64,000 bases of DNA from Pirellulales bacterium (GCA_963733035.1 CAVTBU010000010.1:128001-192000), one strand, 5' to 3'. Counted from the stretch's first letter, positions 41,420 through 52,131 are shown. The notes: a model not told the origin generated them from the sequence alone. Translations and numbers: made by a program.

Positions 41420-42889
41420 GTGAGCGACCCTTACACCATCATCATCGGCCTGGAAGTCCACGTGCAGTTGCAGACGCGCACGAAGTTGTTCTGCCGCTGC
41501 AGTACGAAGTTTGGCGCGCCGCCCAACACGCAAACTTGCCCGGTCTGCATCGGCATGCCTGGCACGTTGCCGGTGATGAATCGCGAGGCGTTTCAACTCG
41601 CGTTGCGCACCGCGGTGGCGCTCAATTGCGAGATTGCCAATTTCACCAAATGGGATCGCAAGCAGTATTACTATCCCGATCTGCCCAAGGGCTATCAAAT
41701 TAGCCAGTACGACTTGCCTTTCTCACACGACGGACAGTTGGCGATCAGCGATCCGAAGGGGCGTTTCGAGCCGAAAAAGATCGGCATCATTCGCGCGCAC
41801 TTGGAAGAAGACGCCGGCAAGAGCATGCATGACGAAGTCACCGGTCAGGCCGACAGCCGCATCGACCTGAACCGCGCCGGCACGCCGCTATTGGAAATCG
41901 TCAGTCAACCGGACATGCGGTCGCCTGCCGAGGCCAAGGCCTACTTGCAGGAAATGAAACTGTTGCTCACCTACCTGGGCGTGTCGGACTGCAACATGCA
42001 GGAAGGGAGCCTGCGAGTCGACGCGAACATTAACCTGCACATCGACACGCCCGACGGAAAAATTGCCACGCCGATCGTCGAAGTGAAAAACATGAACAGC
42101 TTCCGCGCAGTGGAAAGGGCCATGGAATACGAAGCCGTCCGCCACTACGAAGTCTGGAAGGAAACCGGCGAGCGGTTGGGCGACGTGCCGAAGCAGACCC
42201 GCGGCTGGGATGACGTGGCAAATGTCACCCGCGGCCAGCGACACAAGGAGGAATCGAGCGACTATCGTTACTTTCCCGACCCGGACCTGGTGCCCGTGCG
42301 GACAAGCGACGCCGAGATTGAAGCGGTGCGGGCAAGCCTTGGCGAGCTGCCCGCCCAGATGCGCGAGCGGCTGGAAAACACCTACGGCATCAAGCCGTAC
42401 GACAGCGACGTGTTGGTCAGTGCAGGGCGCGGACTGGTCGATTACTACGTCGAATTGGCCGAATTGGTGGGTGATGGCAAGCTGGCCAGCAACTGGGTGC
42501 AGCAGGACGTAATGCGGACGCTCAACGAGCAGAAGGTCGAGGTCGAAGCATTCTCGCTCCGGCCGAGGCAGCTGGGCGATCTGCTGACCGCGATTCAGAA
42601 GGGCGATATCGACACCAGCCGGGCTCGCGAGGTGTTCCTGGAAATGGTCGCCTCGGGCAAGAGTGCGGCCGATGTGATGAAGGCCCAGGGTATCGAAAAG
42701 GTCGACGAGAGCCAATTGGTGGCGCTTTGCCAGGAACTGATCGCCGCGAATCCCAAGATCGTGGCCGACATCCAGGGTGGAAAGCTCCAGGCCGCCGGCA
42801 ACCTGATCGGCCAGGCCAAGAAGAAGAATCCAAACGTCAACCCGGGCCGCTTCCGCGAGCTGGTGATCGAACTCGTGGGAAAACTTTAA
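41420..42889 (+). CDS. gatB: Asp/Glu-tRNA amidotransferase subunit B
   Basis: IGLEVHVQL, YPDLPKGYQISQ, HLEEDAGK, DYRYFPDPDL; GTG start. Confidence 0.97.
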   Translation: MSDPYTIIIGLEVHVQLQTRTKLFCRCSTKFGAPPNTQTCPVCIGMPGTLPVMNREAFQLALRTAVALNCEIANFTKWDRKQYYYPDLPKGYQISQYDLPFSHDGQLAISDPKGRFEPKKIGIIRAHLEEDAGKSMHDEVTGQADSRIDLNRAGTPLLEIVSQPDMRSPAEAKAYLQEMKLLLTYLGVSDCNMQEGSLRVDANINLHIDTPDGKIATPIVEVKNMNSFRAVERAMEYEAVRHYEVWKETGERLGDVPKQTRGWDDVANVTRGQRHKEESSDYRYFPDPDLVPVRTSDAEIEAVRASLGELPAQMRERLENTYGIKPYDSDVLVSAGRGLVDYYVELAELVGDGKLASNWVQQDVMRTLNEQKVEVEAFSLRPRQLGDLLTAIQKGDIDTSRAREVFLEMVASGKSAADVMKAQGIEKVDESQLVALCQELIAANPKIVADIQGGKLQAAGNLIGQAKKKNPNVNPGRFRELVIELVGKL

Positions 42890-42959
42890 GAGCATCCGAG
42901 CGTCGTGTGATTCTGGCCTGCTCACGCGGCGTGAGCATGGCACCCGAGAGGGTCCTGCC

Positions 42960-43751
42960 ATGGCACAGCCCCGCATTATCACGCTTACCACCGATTTCGG
43001 CGCGAGCAGCCCGTACGTGTCGGCCATGAAGGGCGTGATTTTGTCGATCAACCCGGCGGTCACGTTGGTCGACATCACGCACGCGGTGCCGCCCCAGGAC
43101 GTGCGCGCCGGCGCGTTGGTGCTGGCCGACATGACACCTTGGTTTCCGCCCGCCACGATTCACGTGGCCGTGATCGATCCGGGTGTTGGCACGCGGCGGA
43201 AAATTGTCTATGCGCGGGTCGGGCAACAGCATTACGTGGCTCCCGACAATGGATTATTAAGCCGTTTGGCGCTCGACCCCGACGACTCTACAATCGTTAC
43301 CGTTGCCCGGCCGGAGTTCTGGTTGCCAAGCGTGTCGTCGACGTTTCACGGACGTGACATCATGGCTCCGGTCTCGGCACGGCTCAGCCTGGGGCTCGAC
43401 CCCACGCGGCTGGGACCTAAGCAAGAGGACATTGAACGATTGGATTGGACGGAGGCACGCGTGACGGCCAACAAAATCGAAGGAACCGTGCAGTCGATCG
43501 ACTCGTTCGGCAATTTGATCACCGACATTTCGGCCGACGTGCTCGCCGACGTGCCACGCGGCGAGGAGACCACGATTGTTTGCGACGACCACCAAACGCA
43601 CGGCATCTTTAATGCCTATGCCGACCAACCCGAGATGACGCTCATTGCCCTGGTCGGTTCCAACGGCAAGCTCGAGTTGGCGATTGTCGGCGAGAGCGCG
43701 GCCCTGATGCTGGGTGTGGCCGTTGGCACGCCGGTAAAAGTCACCTGGTAG
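42960..43751 (+). CDS. SAM hydroxide adenosyltransferase / chlorinase family (DUF62)
   Basis: ITLTTDFG, VIDPGVG, PDNG, TFHGRD, DSFGN. Confidence 0.92.
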   Translation: MAQPRIITLTTDFGASSPYVSAMKGVILSINPAVTLVDITHAVPPQDVRAGALVLADMTPWFPPATIHVAVIDPGVGTRRKIVYARVGQQHYVAPDNGLLSRLALDPDDSTIVTVARPEFWLPSVSSTFHGRDIMAPVSARLSLGLDPTRLGPKQEDIERLDWTEARVTANKIEGTVQSIDSFGNLITDISADVLADVPRGEETTIVCDDHQTHGIFNAYADQPEMTLIALVGSNGKLELAIVGESAALMLGVAVGTPVKVTW

Positions 43752-43794
43752 CCGCGGCTTGCGACGAGCGGCATCTGACAAAGGCGGAGCCCAT

Positions 43795-45188
43795 ATGCTC
43801 AAATCCGGGCCACCAGCGGAGCGCGGTATCCGCGCGGAACCTTCGCGGACGGAACTCATCGAGTGGGATCGCCAGATCGTCTGGCATGCATTCACCCAGA
43901 TGAACGAATACGAACCGCTGATCTTCGAGCGAGCACACGGTTGCACGCTGGTCGACATCGATGGGAATGAATACCTGGATGGCTGCGCGAGCGTGTGGTG
44001 CAACGTGCACGGGCATCGGCATCCGCGTCTCGACGCCGCCCTCCGCGAGCAGCTGGACAAGGTGGCCCACGTCACCTCGTTGGGCTCGTCGAATCCTACT
44101 ACGATCAAGTTGGCCAAGCGGCTCGTGGATTTGGCACCCGCGGGTCTCGAGCACGTTTTTTTCTCGGACAGCGGCGCGACGGCCGTCGAAGTGGCCCTCA
44201 AGATGTCTCTGCAGTATTGGCGGCAGCGCAGTGATCCGCGTCCCAACAAAACGACCTACGTGGCGCTGGGCGACGCGTACCACGGTGATACGCTCGGCAG
44301 CGTTAGTGTCGGAGGCGTGGCTCGGTTCCACGCGATGTTCGATCCGCTGCTGTTCGAGGTGTTGCGCGCCGACGCCCGACATGTATCGTTTGCCCCAGGG
44401 AGTGACCCGGGAGAATGTGCTCGCGCACTACTGCGCGTGCAATGGAAGAACTGCTTGCCCGCCAGCACGAGCGGGTTGCGGCCGTGATCTTGGAACCCTT
44501 GGTACAGGCCGCGGCGGGCATGGTAATGCACCCGCCGGGATACCTGGCGGCGATTCGCGAGCTGACGCGGAAATATGACGTGCATTTGATCGCCGACGAA
44601 GTGGCGGTTGGCTTTGGCCGCACGGGAACGATGTTTGCCTGCGAGCAGGAGCACGTATCTCCCGATTTCCTGTGCCTGGCCAAAGGATTGACCGGTGGAT
44701 ACATGCCCGTCGCGGCCACCCTGACCACCGGCGATGTATGGTCTGCCTTTCTGGGTACGTATGCTGAATCGAAGAGTTTCTTTCATGGCCATACGTATGG
44801 CGGAAACCCGTTGGGATGTGCGGTGGCGCTGGCCACGCTCGACGTCTTCGAAGAAGAACACACTTTGGCGGGATTATCCCCCAAAGTCGCCCGGCTGGCC
44901 GAACACCTCGATCGCATCGCTGAGCACCCTCACGTGGGCAATGTTCGTCAGCGCGGCTTGATTGCCGGCATCGAACTGGTGCGCGACAAGGCGACGCGCG
45001 AAGCGTATCCGTGGGAGGAAAAGCGAGGGCTGGCGGTTTGCGACTGGGTTCGTCGGCAGGGCGTGCTATTGCGACCGTTGGGAAGCGTGTTGGTGGTTTT
45101 CCCGCCGCTCTCGGTGACGCTTGACCAACTGGACCGCATCGGTACGGCGCTCGAGGCGGGAATCGTGGCCGTAACGGAAACGGAATAG
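43795..45188 (+). CDS. bioA: Adenosylmethionine-8-amino-7-oxononanoate aminotransferase, two frameshifts (~44370, ~44433)
   Basis: WHAFTQM, SGATAVEVALK, YHGDT, DEVAVGFGRTG, AKGLTGG, HGHTY spread across three frames. Confidence 0.88.
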
Positions 45189-45216
45189 CCGCGCCTGGTC
45201 TTGCTCTGCAGAATGG

Positions 45217-46194
45217 CTATTGCGCGGACGATTTACTGCCGTTGGGCGAGGCTCCGATCGGCATGCCATCAGGCAAGGGTCTCGCTGCGACCGTGTAGCC
45301 CATGTCGTAGAGCTCTTTCTTCAGACGTGCGAACTCCGCGAAACTGTCGGGATACGTCCAAATGGTGATCGTATAGCGCTCTGGCGACAGCCGGGAGAGC
45401 GTGCGGCGGAAGTCGGAACCCGACTTTAAGGCTTGGTCCAATGGCTCGCCCAGTTGATTGGTGACCGGCAGAAACTCCACGTAGGCCAGTTCGAACAGCG
45501 AACCTTGCGGCATATCGTGGCGCTGAATTACGTAGCGAAGGCGAAATCCCTCGATGGGTCCCAGCGTGTCGACCATTTCCGAGCGGCTGCCCATCTCGTT
45601 GACGGCGGACCGCAATTCTCCGCGCAGCCGGCCCATCAAGGTTTCGTAGGGCAGCACGGCCAGACGACCGTCGTAGAGTCTGAGGTGCGCCTCGTCGCTA
45701 TCGACGAGTTTGCCAAGCGGCGTGGGGTGATTCTCGATCTTGACCGTCTCGGGTTTGGCCGCCTGCTCGGCCATTTCCTGCTCGGCTTCCAACCGCTTGA
45801 GTTCATCACGAGCCTGGGCCATTTCGCGGTCGTATTCAAACCGCTTTCGCGCCTCGTCGTCGAGCGCTTGACGCCGCTGGTCCATGTCTTTCTCAATCGC
45901 CGTGACCAGCACGCTCAACCGCCCGCGCTCGATGGCCTTGGCCTGCGTGGCCGCCTGAATCTCGGCCATCTGGGCCGCCAATCGGTGCACGTCGTCCTCC
46001 AACTGCTGCGACTCGGCTCGGGCTGCCGTCAGTGCTTGGTTGGGAGCCGGAGCGGGCAATTCGACGGGCGCGGTCTTGGCGCGTTCGCCCACGACCATCA
46101 CCAGGATGATGAGAATACCCACGAGATTCGTAATGATGTCCAGAAAGGAATCGCTTCCGGCGCCTTCCTGGTCAGCGGCTTTGGGTCGTGCCAT
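45217..46194 (-). CDS. Single-TM protein with ExbD/TolR-like TM Asp, coiled coil and C-terminal domain
   Basis: DSFLDIITNLVGILIILV TM, long coiled coil; third gene of the motA-like operon. Confidence 0.7.
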   Translation of the reverse strand: MARPKAADQEGAGSDSFLDIITNLVGILIILVMVVGERAKTAPVELPAPAPNQALTAARAESQQLEDDVHRLAAQMAEIQAATQAKAIERGRLSVLVTAIEKDMDQRRQALDDEARKRFEYDREMAQARDELKRLEAEQEMAEQAAKPETVKIENHPTPLGKLVDSDEAHLRLYDGRLAVLPYETLMGRLRGELRSAVNEMGSRSEMVDTLGPIEGFRLRYVIQRHDMPQGSLFELAYVEFLPVTNQLGEPLDQALKSGSDFRRTLSRLSPERYTITIWTYPDSFAEFARLKKELYDMGYTVAARPLPDGMPIGASPNGSKSSAQ

Positions 46195-46219
46195 GATGCG
46201 GTGCGGTCAGTCTATGAGT

Positions 46220-48346
46220 CTATTTGCGCGGCGACGCGGCAGGTTGCCGAGCCGTCGGAGGTGGATTGCGTCGATCCACGTCGAGTCCACTGCTGGCCAA
46301 GAGTGCCTTGACCTCTTCGAAGCGTGCTTCGCCCCCGGGACGGACGTCCATCTTGAGTGTCGGTCGCCAATGCAGTCCGCGTCCGGCCTTGCCCCAGACT
46401 TTCATGTAGTCCCAAACCGACGAGACAAGTTGGTCCATCGAATCTTCGGTATGCTCGCCAAGCTTGATTTCCTGAGGTTTCTGCGCGCGTGATTCGGGTA
46501 CCAACACAAGCCGATCGGGAAAGCACAGGACCAGAATCGGCCGCGAAGCGGCAATGGATCCGCGGCCTCCGCCAAGCAGCCCCCAGTCCTCGCCCCGTGT
46601 GTCGGCCATGCTTTGAGGTAGCTTTTTGCGCTTGCCGAGCATGAGGTCGCTGGGCCGATTTCCGGCCGTGAGACTCTGTGGCACGTTGTGATAGGCAACA
46701 TCTGGTAAATCGAGTATGGTCTTCTCGCCATCCGACTCGCCGCCGTCGCCACCCTCGGAGTTCGGATTGCGAAATTTCGGTTTGGCGCCCTTGCTTTCCA
46801 GTCGGTTGTGTTTTGGTGTGTCACCGCGCGATTCCATGTTGTGCGCGGGTCCCTCCGGAATCTGACACGAATCGCCTCCGTTGTTCTCTCCGCCGGGACC
46901 GTTTTGTTCGCCCGTCGTCTGGCCGACATGCTGGCTGCTCTGCTGACCGCTTTGCTTTCCACTGTCCTGGGCCTCGCCGCCATTTTGACCTTCACCTTGC
47001 TGTCCGCCTCCGCTGCCACGGTACTGGCTCGTAGGCCCGTACCCAGTTTCCCCGCCGTGTTGCATGTCGGCGAACTGGGAACCGTCGATCGTTTGGCCTG
47101 CTCCGTTGCCGGTGCCTTTTCCTGTTCCCTCTCCCTTCTGCTGCGGCGCCAATCCGCCCGGCTCGGCGTAGGGATCGGCCGCCGGCGCGCCGCCGAACTT
47201 AGCGTACTCGTCCAAGCTGCCTGACGCGGTGCCACCCGACTGATCGCCGTAGCGCCCCGGGCTGTCCGTTCCGCGGGGTCCATCACCGGCAGCCGACTTG
47301 CCCCAGTCGTCTTGATAGTCGTCCCAACTTCCCAACCCGCTGCCGTGAGGACCGTCGCCTGTACCGGGCTCCTTGGCGAAACCGCCGTGCGATTTGGCAT
47401 GGTAGACCGGACGCGGGCGACGTCTGGCGATCTGGTTCGACGACAACACGTATTCGCGGTGCCGTTGCCTGGCTTCTTCAATGACGCGCTGGGTGAGTTC
47501 TGCCAAGGCTGGGTCGCGTTCGGGGAATTTCAGATCCCAGTCCGCGCCGACCAACTCGTAGCCAAACTCGCTGCCCCAGGAGTCGAGTGCCGCACGGGCG
47601 GCGTAATAAGCGGCAATGCCGTCGGGCCGGACAAGCATTAGCGGATAGGGTTCCTCGGCAAGCTTTCCGCCGGCCGTCCGTTGCGCGAAGTATTCACGCT
47701 GCGCTCGCAAGGCCGAGGCCAACGGGTTTCCCGGGCCGAAGAAACCGATGAAGTCGCCCGGCGTCAACACGATGCCCTCGGGCTGCAGCAAAATCTGGTT
47801 GTCGCGACATTCGATGTACACCGGACGGCGGTGTGTGGTGTTGCGTCCCTCGAACGGTACGACGGAATAGTTGACGGCTTTGAATTTTCCCTGCTTGCGA
47901 GCTTTGGCGACGGCCTGGCGGGCGGCGGCAAGTTGCTCTTTTGTCTCGGCCAACTCGGCTTCGTTTCGCTCCAACTCGTCGGCTGTTGCCGATCCGACTT
48001 GTTCGAGTTGAGCGTCGGCCGCCTTGAGCTGTTCGAGTTTCGACAGCAAGCGTCGCTGGTGATCCTCGACGTGACTTAACTTCAATCGCTCTTCGGCCAG
48101 CTGGGCCTGTGTCTTTTCGCGTGCCTCGCGCAAATGGCCAACGCGCCACTCGAAGAAGTCGGCATCGAGTTCATCTTGTTCCCGTTGGGCGCGCATTTTG
48201 GCCTCGGCCGTCTTGGCCGCCTGTTCTTGCCCGTGCCGAGCAAAGGCATGCAACAGGACCACGAGCGCCCCCATGGTGCAGATTAGAACTGCGAGAAAGG
48301 GGAACATCTGGATGCCCGTCGGTTTGGCACCTCCGCGCCTGCTCAT
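46220..48346 (-). CDS. Single-TM coiled-coil protein with duplicated ExbD-like domain and Gly-rich linker
   Basis: FPFLAVLICTMGALVVLL TM; RPVYIECRD..VRPDG and RPILVLCFPD..VRPGG repeats. Confidence 0.7.
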   Translation of the reverse strand: MSRRGGAKPTGIQMFPFLAVLICTMGALVVLLHAFARHGQEQAAKTAEAKMRAQREQDELDADFFEWRVGHLREAREKTQAQLAEERLKLSHVEDHQRRLLSKLEQLKAADAQLEQVGSATADELERNEAELAETKEQLAAARQAVAKARKQGKFKAVNYSVVPFEGRNTTHRRPVYIECRDNQILLQPEGIVLTPGDFIGFFGPGNPLASALRAQREYFAQRTAGGKLAEEPYPLMLVRPDGIAAYYAARAALDSWGSEFGYELVGADWDLKFPERDPALAELTQRVIEEARQRHREYVLSSNQIARRRPRPVYHAKSHGGFAKEPGTGDGPHGSGLGSWDDYQDDWGKSAAGDGPRGTDSPGRYGDQSGGTASGSLDEYAKFGGAPAADPYAEPGGLAPQQKGEGTGKGTGNGAGQTIDGSQFADMQHGGETGYGPTSQYRGSGGGQQGEGQNGGEAQDSGKQSGQQSSQHVGQTTGEQNGPGGENNGGDSCQIPEGPAHNMESRGDTPKHNRLESKGAKPKFRNPNSEGGDGGESDGEKTILDLPDVAYHNVPQSLTAGNRPSDLMLGKRKKLPQSMADTRGEDWGLLGGGRGSIAASRPILVLCFPDRLVLVPESRAQKPQEIKLGEHTEDSMDQLVSSVWDYMKVWGKAGRGLHWRPTLKMDVRPGGEARFEEVKALLASSGLDVDRRNPPPTARQPAASPRK

Positions 48347-49674
48347 GCGGCCTGGCCTTTTCGCGAGTTCTTTAGATCAATCCGCGACGTTTCGAGAGGT
48401 TGTCCCAGCCGCGCGCTGAGCAGGCCGATGGCGGCCGAGAGGGAGATGACCGTTTCCTCAAAGTGATTGGCGCCGGCCAAGGCCGACAGGTTGCGATTGA
48501 GCTCTTGTTCGAGTCGCGTGACTTGTTCCGTGGCGCCGACGACTTGCAGCAACAATTCGCCTTGTTTGCTGAGTTCGCGTTGTTGCGTCACGACGGCATC
48601 GGCATTCTGTTGTAGAGCCTGTTGGACTCCTTGCCAGTGCCGATGGTTTTGTTCGGCGACCGCATGCTCCGCCGCCGTCAGCGCGGCAGCGTGCTGTTCG
48701 ACGTTTTTGGTCAACGCCCCGGCAAGCGCCGTTTCAATTGTCTGACCGGCAGCCACGGTTTGCTCGCTCCAGTGCTGGTGCACGGCGCGCATGCTCTCCT
48801 GCCATAGCTCGGTTTGTCGCACGACTAACTTGTCGAGCGCCGAGAGGACCGTTTCAGCGATCCGGCGCACGGTGGCCGTCTGCGGGTCGGCACTACTCGC
48901 GGCGTCCTCGAAGCGTCCGACAAGTTCAGCATTCGTCCGCTCGTCGACGCTCGCCAGTAGACTGGTTTCCGCTCGATCGACGAAGTATTTTACGAACATC
49001 AGCACGATCGAAAGCGACAACGACAGCGCCGTGGTGTCAAACGCCACACCGAGCCCTGAAGTCACGCCGGACAGCGACTCCTCCAGCGCCTTGGGGCTCA
49101 AGTTGCCCACGGCGCCGGTGATGCCGAGAATCGTGCCCAAGAAGCCCATAATTGGCACGGCCCAGATGATGAACCAAATCAGCGCATACGACGATTGCAT
49201 GCGGCCGGCGTCCAGGTCCGACAGGTAGCGGATTTCTTCGTCGAGTCCGGCCGCTGAATTCTTGCGGTAGACGAATTCCAAAGCTTCACGCAGCCGCCGC
49301 ACGAGATAGCTTTCCTGCCAGCTCTCGGGCTGCCGGGCCAGACGCGCCAGCAGGTTTTCGCAATGGCCCACGTTCTGTCCGCCCGGCGGAATGCCGTCGA
49401 GCAACGGCACCGCGAGGATGGACCTTTGGATCATAAGGTTCAGCACCTTCAGGGTGAGCGCCGCCAAGCCGACGAAGAACATGAGCGTCGTCACGTACTC
49501 CACCCAGTGACCGGCGAAGTAGCGGTCCACGAACGGGTGGGAAAGAAAACGTCCCCAGCCGTGTGGAGAAAGCTTGGCCAATTGGATGGGGGTATAGAAA
49601 GCCATGGTGGCCAGTCCACCCCACACGACGGGCGACCACACAATGGCCCGGGCAATTCGGTTGACCTGGTTCAC
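48343..49674 (-). CDS. MotA/TolQ/ExbB proton channel protein with long C-terminal helical tail
   Basis: PIMGFLGTILGI and GLGVAFDTT channel motifs; about 200 aa Q/E/A-rich tail. Confidence 0.85.
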   Translation of the reverse strand: MNQVNRIARAIVWSPVVWGGLATMAFYTPIQLAKLSPHGWGRFLSHPFVDRYFAGHWVEYVTTLMFFVGLAALTLKVLNLMIQRSILAVPLLDGIPPGGQNVGHCENLLARLARQPESWQESYLVRRLREALEFVYRKNSAAGLDEEIRYLSDLDAGRMQSSYALIWFIIWAVPIMGFLGTILGITGAVGNLSPKALEESLSGVTSGLGVAFDTTALSLSLSIVLMFVKYFVDRAETSLLASVDERTNAELVGRFEDAASSADPQTATVRRIAETVLSALDKLVVRQTELWQESMRAVHQHWSEQTVAAGQTIETALAGALTKNVEQHAAALTAAEHAVAEQNHRHWQGVQQALQQNADAVVTQQRELSKQGELLLQVVGATEQVTRLEQELNRNLSALAGANHFEETVISLSAAIGLLSARLGQPLETSRIDLKNSRKGQAA

Positions 49675-50009
49675 CCGATGGACTCCTTATACTGAAAGCG
49701 AAGGCGCGGATCCGGCAGCGCGCATCCCTGTGCGGAGCGCTGTCCTTAAAATCGGCGTAATCGGCAAAGTTTATGAGTGGAAACTTTCCCAAAGCGGCGG
49801 ATGCTGGCAGTGACTTGCCAGCCCCGCACTGGGGCTGAGGGAGGGGCAACTTGTTTGTTGCCGAACCGTAAGATTTTCCTCACTGCCCGATCGCGCCTAA
49901 CCGATAACTCTTGGGTCACCACCGAAGAGGGTGACGCTAAACAAATCCATCGCCGTGCCGCCCGCCCTCCGACGGCACGTGCCCACCGCGTAAATCCCAG
50001 GGGGGACTG

Positions 50010-50056
50010 ACAGTCCGGTGATGGCCCGCCGCGGGCCTCCCGGACTGTTCTTTTTG
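50010..50056. terminator. Strong hairpin downstream of queD
   Basis: ACAGTCCGG..GGCCCG/CGGGCC..CCGGACTGT followed by TTTTTT on + strand. Confidence 0.5.
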
Positions 50057-50067
50057 ACAGCTGCGTC

Positions 50068-50469
50068 TCACTCGCAGTACGTCGCAAAACACCGCGGTGT
50101 TTCCCACAGCCGAGCTTCGACGATCGGAAAACCCTGACTCTTCGTAAAATCGAAGATCAGTTTCGCGATGTTCTCGGCCGTCGGGTTCACGTCGACCAGG
50201 TAGATCGGCTCGCCTAAGTTTTCCAGCGCTTCGCGGGCCGGATCGTCGCGGTGCAAGATCATGCGATGGTCCAGGTTTTCGTCGATCCAGTTGCTGACGA
50301 CTCGCTTGATATCCGAAAAGTCGAGCACCATGCCCCGCGCATCGAGCTGGGCCGACTCGATCGTGATCACGGCCCGACCGTTGTGACCGTGCAGGTGCTT
50401 GCACTTGCCGTCGTAGTGGAGCAGGCGGTGGCCATAGCAAAAGTCGATTTCGCGAGTCACGCGGAACAT
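50068..50469 (-). CDS. queD: 6-carboxytetrahydropterin synthase
   Basis: CYGHRL, CKHLHGHN, GMVLDF, LDH, NPTAEN, ETP. Confidence 0.9.
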   Translation of the reverse strand: MFRVTREIDFCYGHRLLHYDGKCKHLHGHNGRAVITIESAQLDARGMVLDFSDIKRVVSNWIDENLDHRMILHRDDPAREALENLGEPIYLVDVNPTAENIAKLIFDFTKSQGFPIVEARLWETPRCFATYCE

Positions 50470-50486
50470 GCTTGCCTTTCGTAATT

Positions 50487-51179
50487 TCAGTGCGAAGGTA
50501 GGGGAGTTGGGACCGCGGCATACATCGTCGGGTCCGGCATTTCCGCATGGCGAAAGGCCTGCTGGCGTTCGGCGCACTTGTTGCAATTGCCACAGTGTCG
50601 GCCGTCGGTCGGTGCCAAACACGAAAATGTGAACTCCAGCGGCAGGTCGCGTCCCAGTTGCATCACCTGGTGCTTGGCCAGGTGGCCGAGCGGCCGCACC
50701 AGTTCGACGTGTCCCGAGATGGCCTGATCCATGGCCGCTTCGAAGTAGCGGTAGAAGTCCTCGGTCGAGTCGGCGAACGGGTTGCTCGCCAGCGCGCCTA
50801 GGGCCAAGCGGCCCACTCCGTGCAGACGGCACCAAATCTGGGCCTTGATTAACAGGAGCGGATTGTGCCCCGGTAAGTAAACGTGTTCGTCGGGTTCATC
50901 CGCGCCGGGAACGTGCTGTCCGGTGATGCTCCAATGGTCGTCGTACAGATCGGCCAGCGGCATTTGCAATTCGACCAGTGCTTCGAGCCCGGGATGAGCG
51001 ATCGCACTGAGAAACTGACACCCGGCCCGCAGTTCGGCGGTTTGCCAATGCCATTGGCAATTGACAAACAGCGGCCACACCCGGTGGCCGGTTGCTAGCA
51101 GCTGACCAACCAAGATCGAGCTATCCAAGCCGCCGCTAAACAGGACGGCCACCCGTGTTACACCTGACTGCCCGATCAC
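50487..51179 (-). CDS. queC: 7-cyano-7-deazaguanine synthase-like protein (start approximate)
   Basis: SGGLDS PP-loop, TFSC...HCGNCNKC Zn site. Confidence 0.82.
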   Translation of the reverse strand: MIGQSGVTRVAVLFSGGLDSSILVGQLLATGHRVWPLFVNCQWHWQTAELRAGCQFLSAIAHPGLEALVELQMPLADLYDDHWSITGQHVPGADEPDEHVYLPGHNPLLLIKAQIWCRLHGVGRLALGALASNPFADSTEDFYRYFEAAMDQAISGHVELVRPLGHLAKHQVMQLGRDLPLEFTFSCLAPTDGRHCGNCNKCAERQQAFRHAEMPDPTMYAAVPTPLPSH

Positions 51180-51639
51180 GAAATCCCCGTCACTACGGTT
51201 GCCAGCAAAACGAAACAGGGCGTGGGCGCCACGGCGGCTCGCCGCGTTCCCCGAGGCAATTGTAGGCCCCGCCAGCGTGCCTCGGGAGGGCCTGTTGACT
51301 TGCCCTTGCCCCGAGGCCCAGGGAGGACTACACTCCCGGCCCAAAATTCCCATCATTCCATCCGTTCGGATCGACGGCCGCCGACTTGGGCCGGGCAGTG
51401 GGTCGCGTGAACACGTCCTCGCGAGATTAGCACCTGAGGATTGACCAGATGCGCAAGCGCGGAGCGCAGGCGCCCGGCAATCCTGGGGGCCGGTGGCCTA
51501 TGTACCTGTCTACACGTGATTTAGCGACGGAAACCGAGCCGGGAAAGGGCAGGATTTTTGTTGAATTGGAAAACGGGGCTTTTACAATGGATAAGGTTCG
51601 CCCTGTTTTCCGCGTAACTCCTAAGTTGAAAGGTGACTT

Positions 51640-51981
51640 ATGAGATTGGCGGTGGTCGGAGCGAGCGCTTTGGCAAGTCTTGTGGGAGCGGTGCTCGTGG
51701 GCACGGTCATGCCCAGCGAGGGGTTTGCCCAACGGGCACCCGTCGCGCCGGCATTGGGGGGCGAAGGGTTAATTGCCCTGACCGCCCTGGTCGGCGACCA
51801 GCGGCAACAGGTGACGGTGATCGACCCGGCGACGCGTGTGATGGGTGTCTATCACATCGAATTGTCATCCGGAGAAGTCACACTCAAATCGGTGCGCCGC
51901 ATCCATTGGGACTTGCAAATGAATGAGTTTAACGCAACCCATCCGCTACCGGGTGAAGTCCGCTCGATGATCGAGCAATGA
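51640..51981 (+). CDS. Exported hypothetical protein
   Basis: Signal peptide, beta-rich VIDP...VYHI...LKSVRRIHWDL. Confidence 0.7.
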   Translation: MRLAVVGASALASLVGAVLVGTVMPSEGFAQRAPVAPALGGEGLIALTALVGDQRQQVTVIDPATRVMGVYHIELSSGEVTLKSVRRIHWDLQMNEFNATHPLPGEVRSMIEQ

Positions 51982-52131
51982 CCTCCTCACCTGGTTCCGC
52001 AGGGAAACCTGGAACAAGAACCGCACAAATCAGCAAGCGGCCGTCGGTTCGAGGCTTCGGCATCGACCGGCGCGCGCACCGGACAACTTGCGGCTCGGCA
52101 AGTTGCCCGCGCATTGGGGGTAAAACGTCAG

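Noticed and set aside
39592..43156. Long antisense ORFs over gatA/gatB, and similar ones over mcsB and the IS
   Set aside because: Shadow frames expected from high-GC codon bias
45217..49674. Zorya defence system or flagellar MotAB stator
   Set aside because: The partners have no OmpA-type domain, there are no zorC/D/E genes, and the motifs are TolQ/ExbB-like
49750..49790. GCCGATT repeats on the minus strand as a sigma-28 promoter for the motA-like operon
   Set aside because: Spacing to candidate -35 boxes is off-consensus; too weak to call
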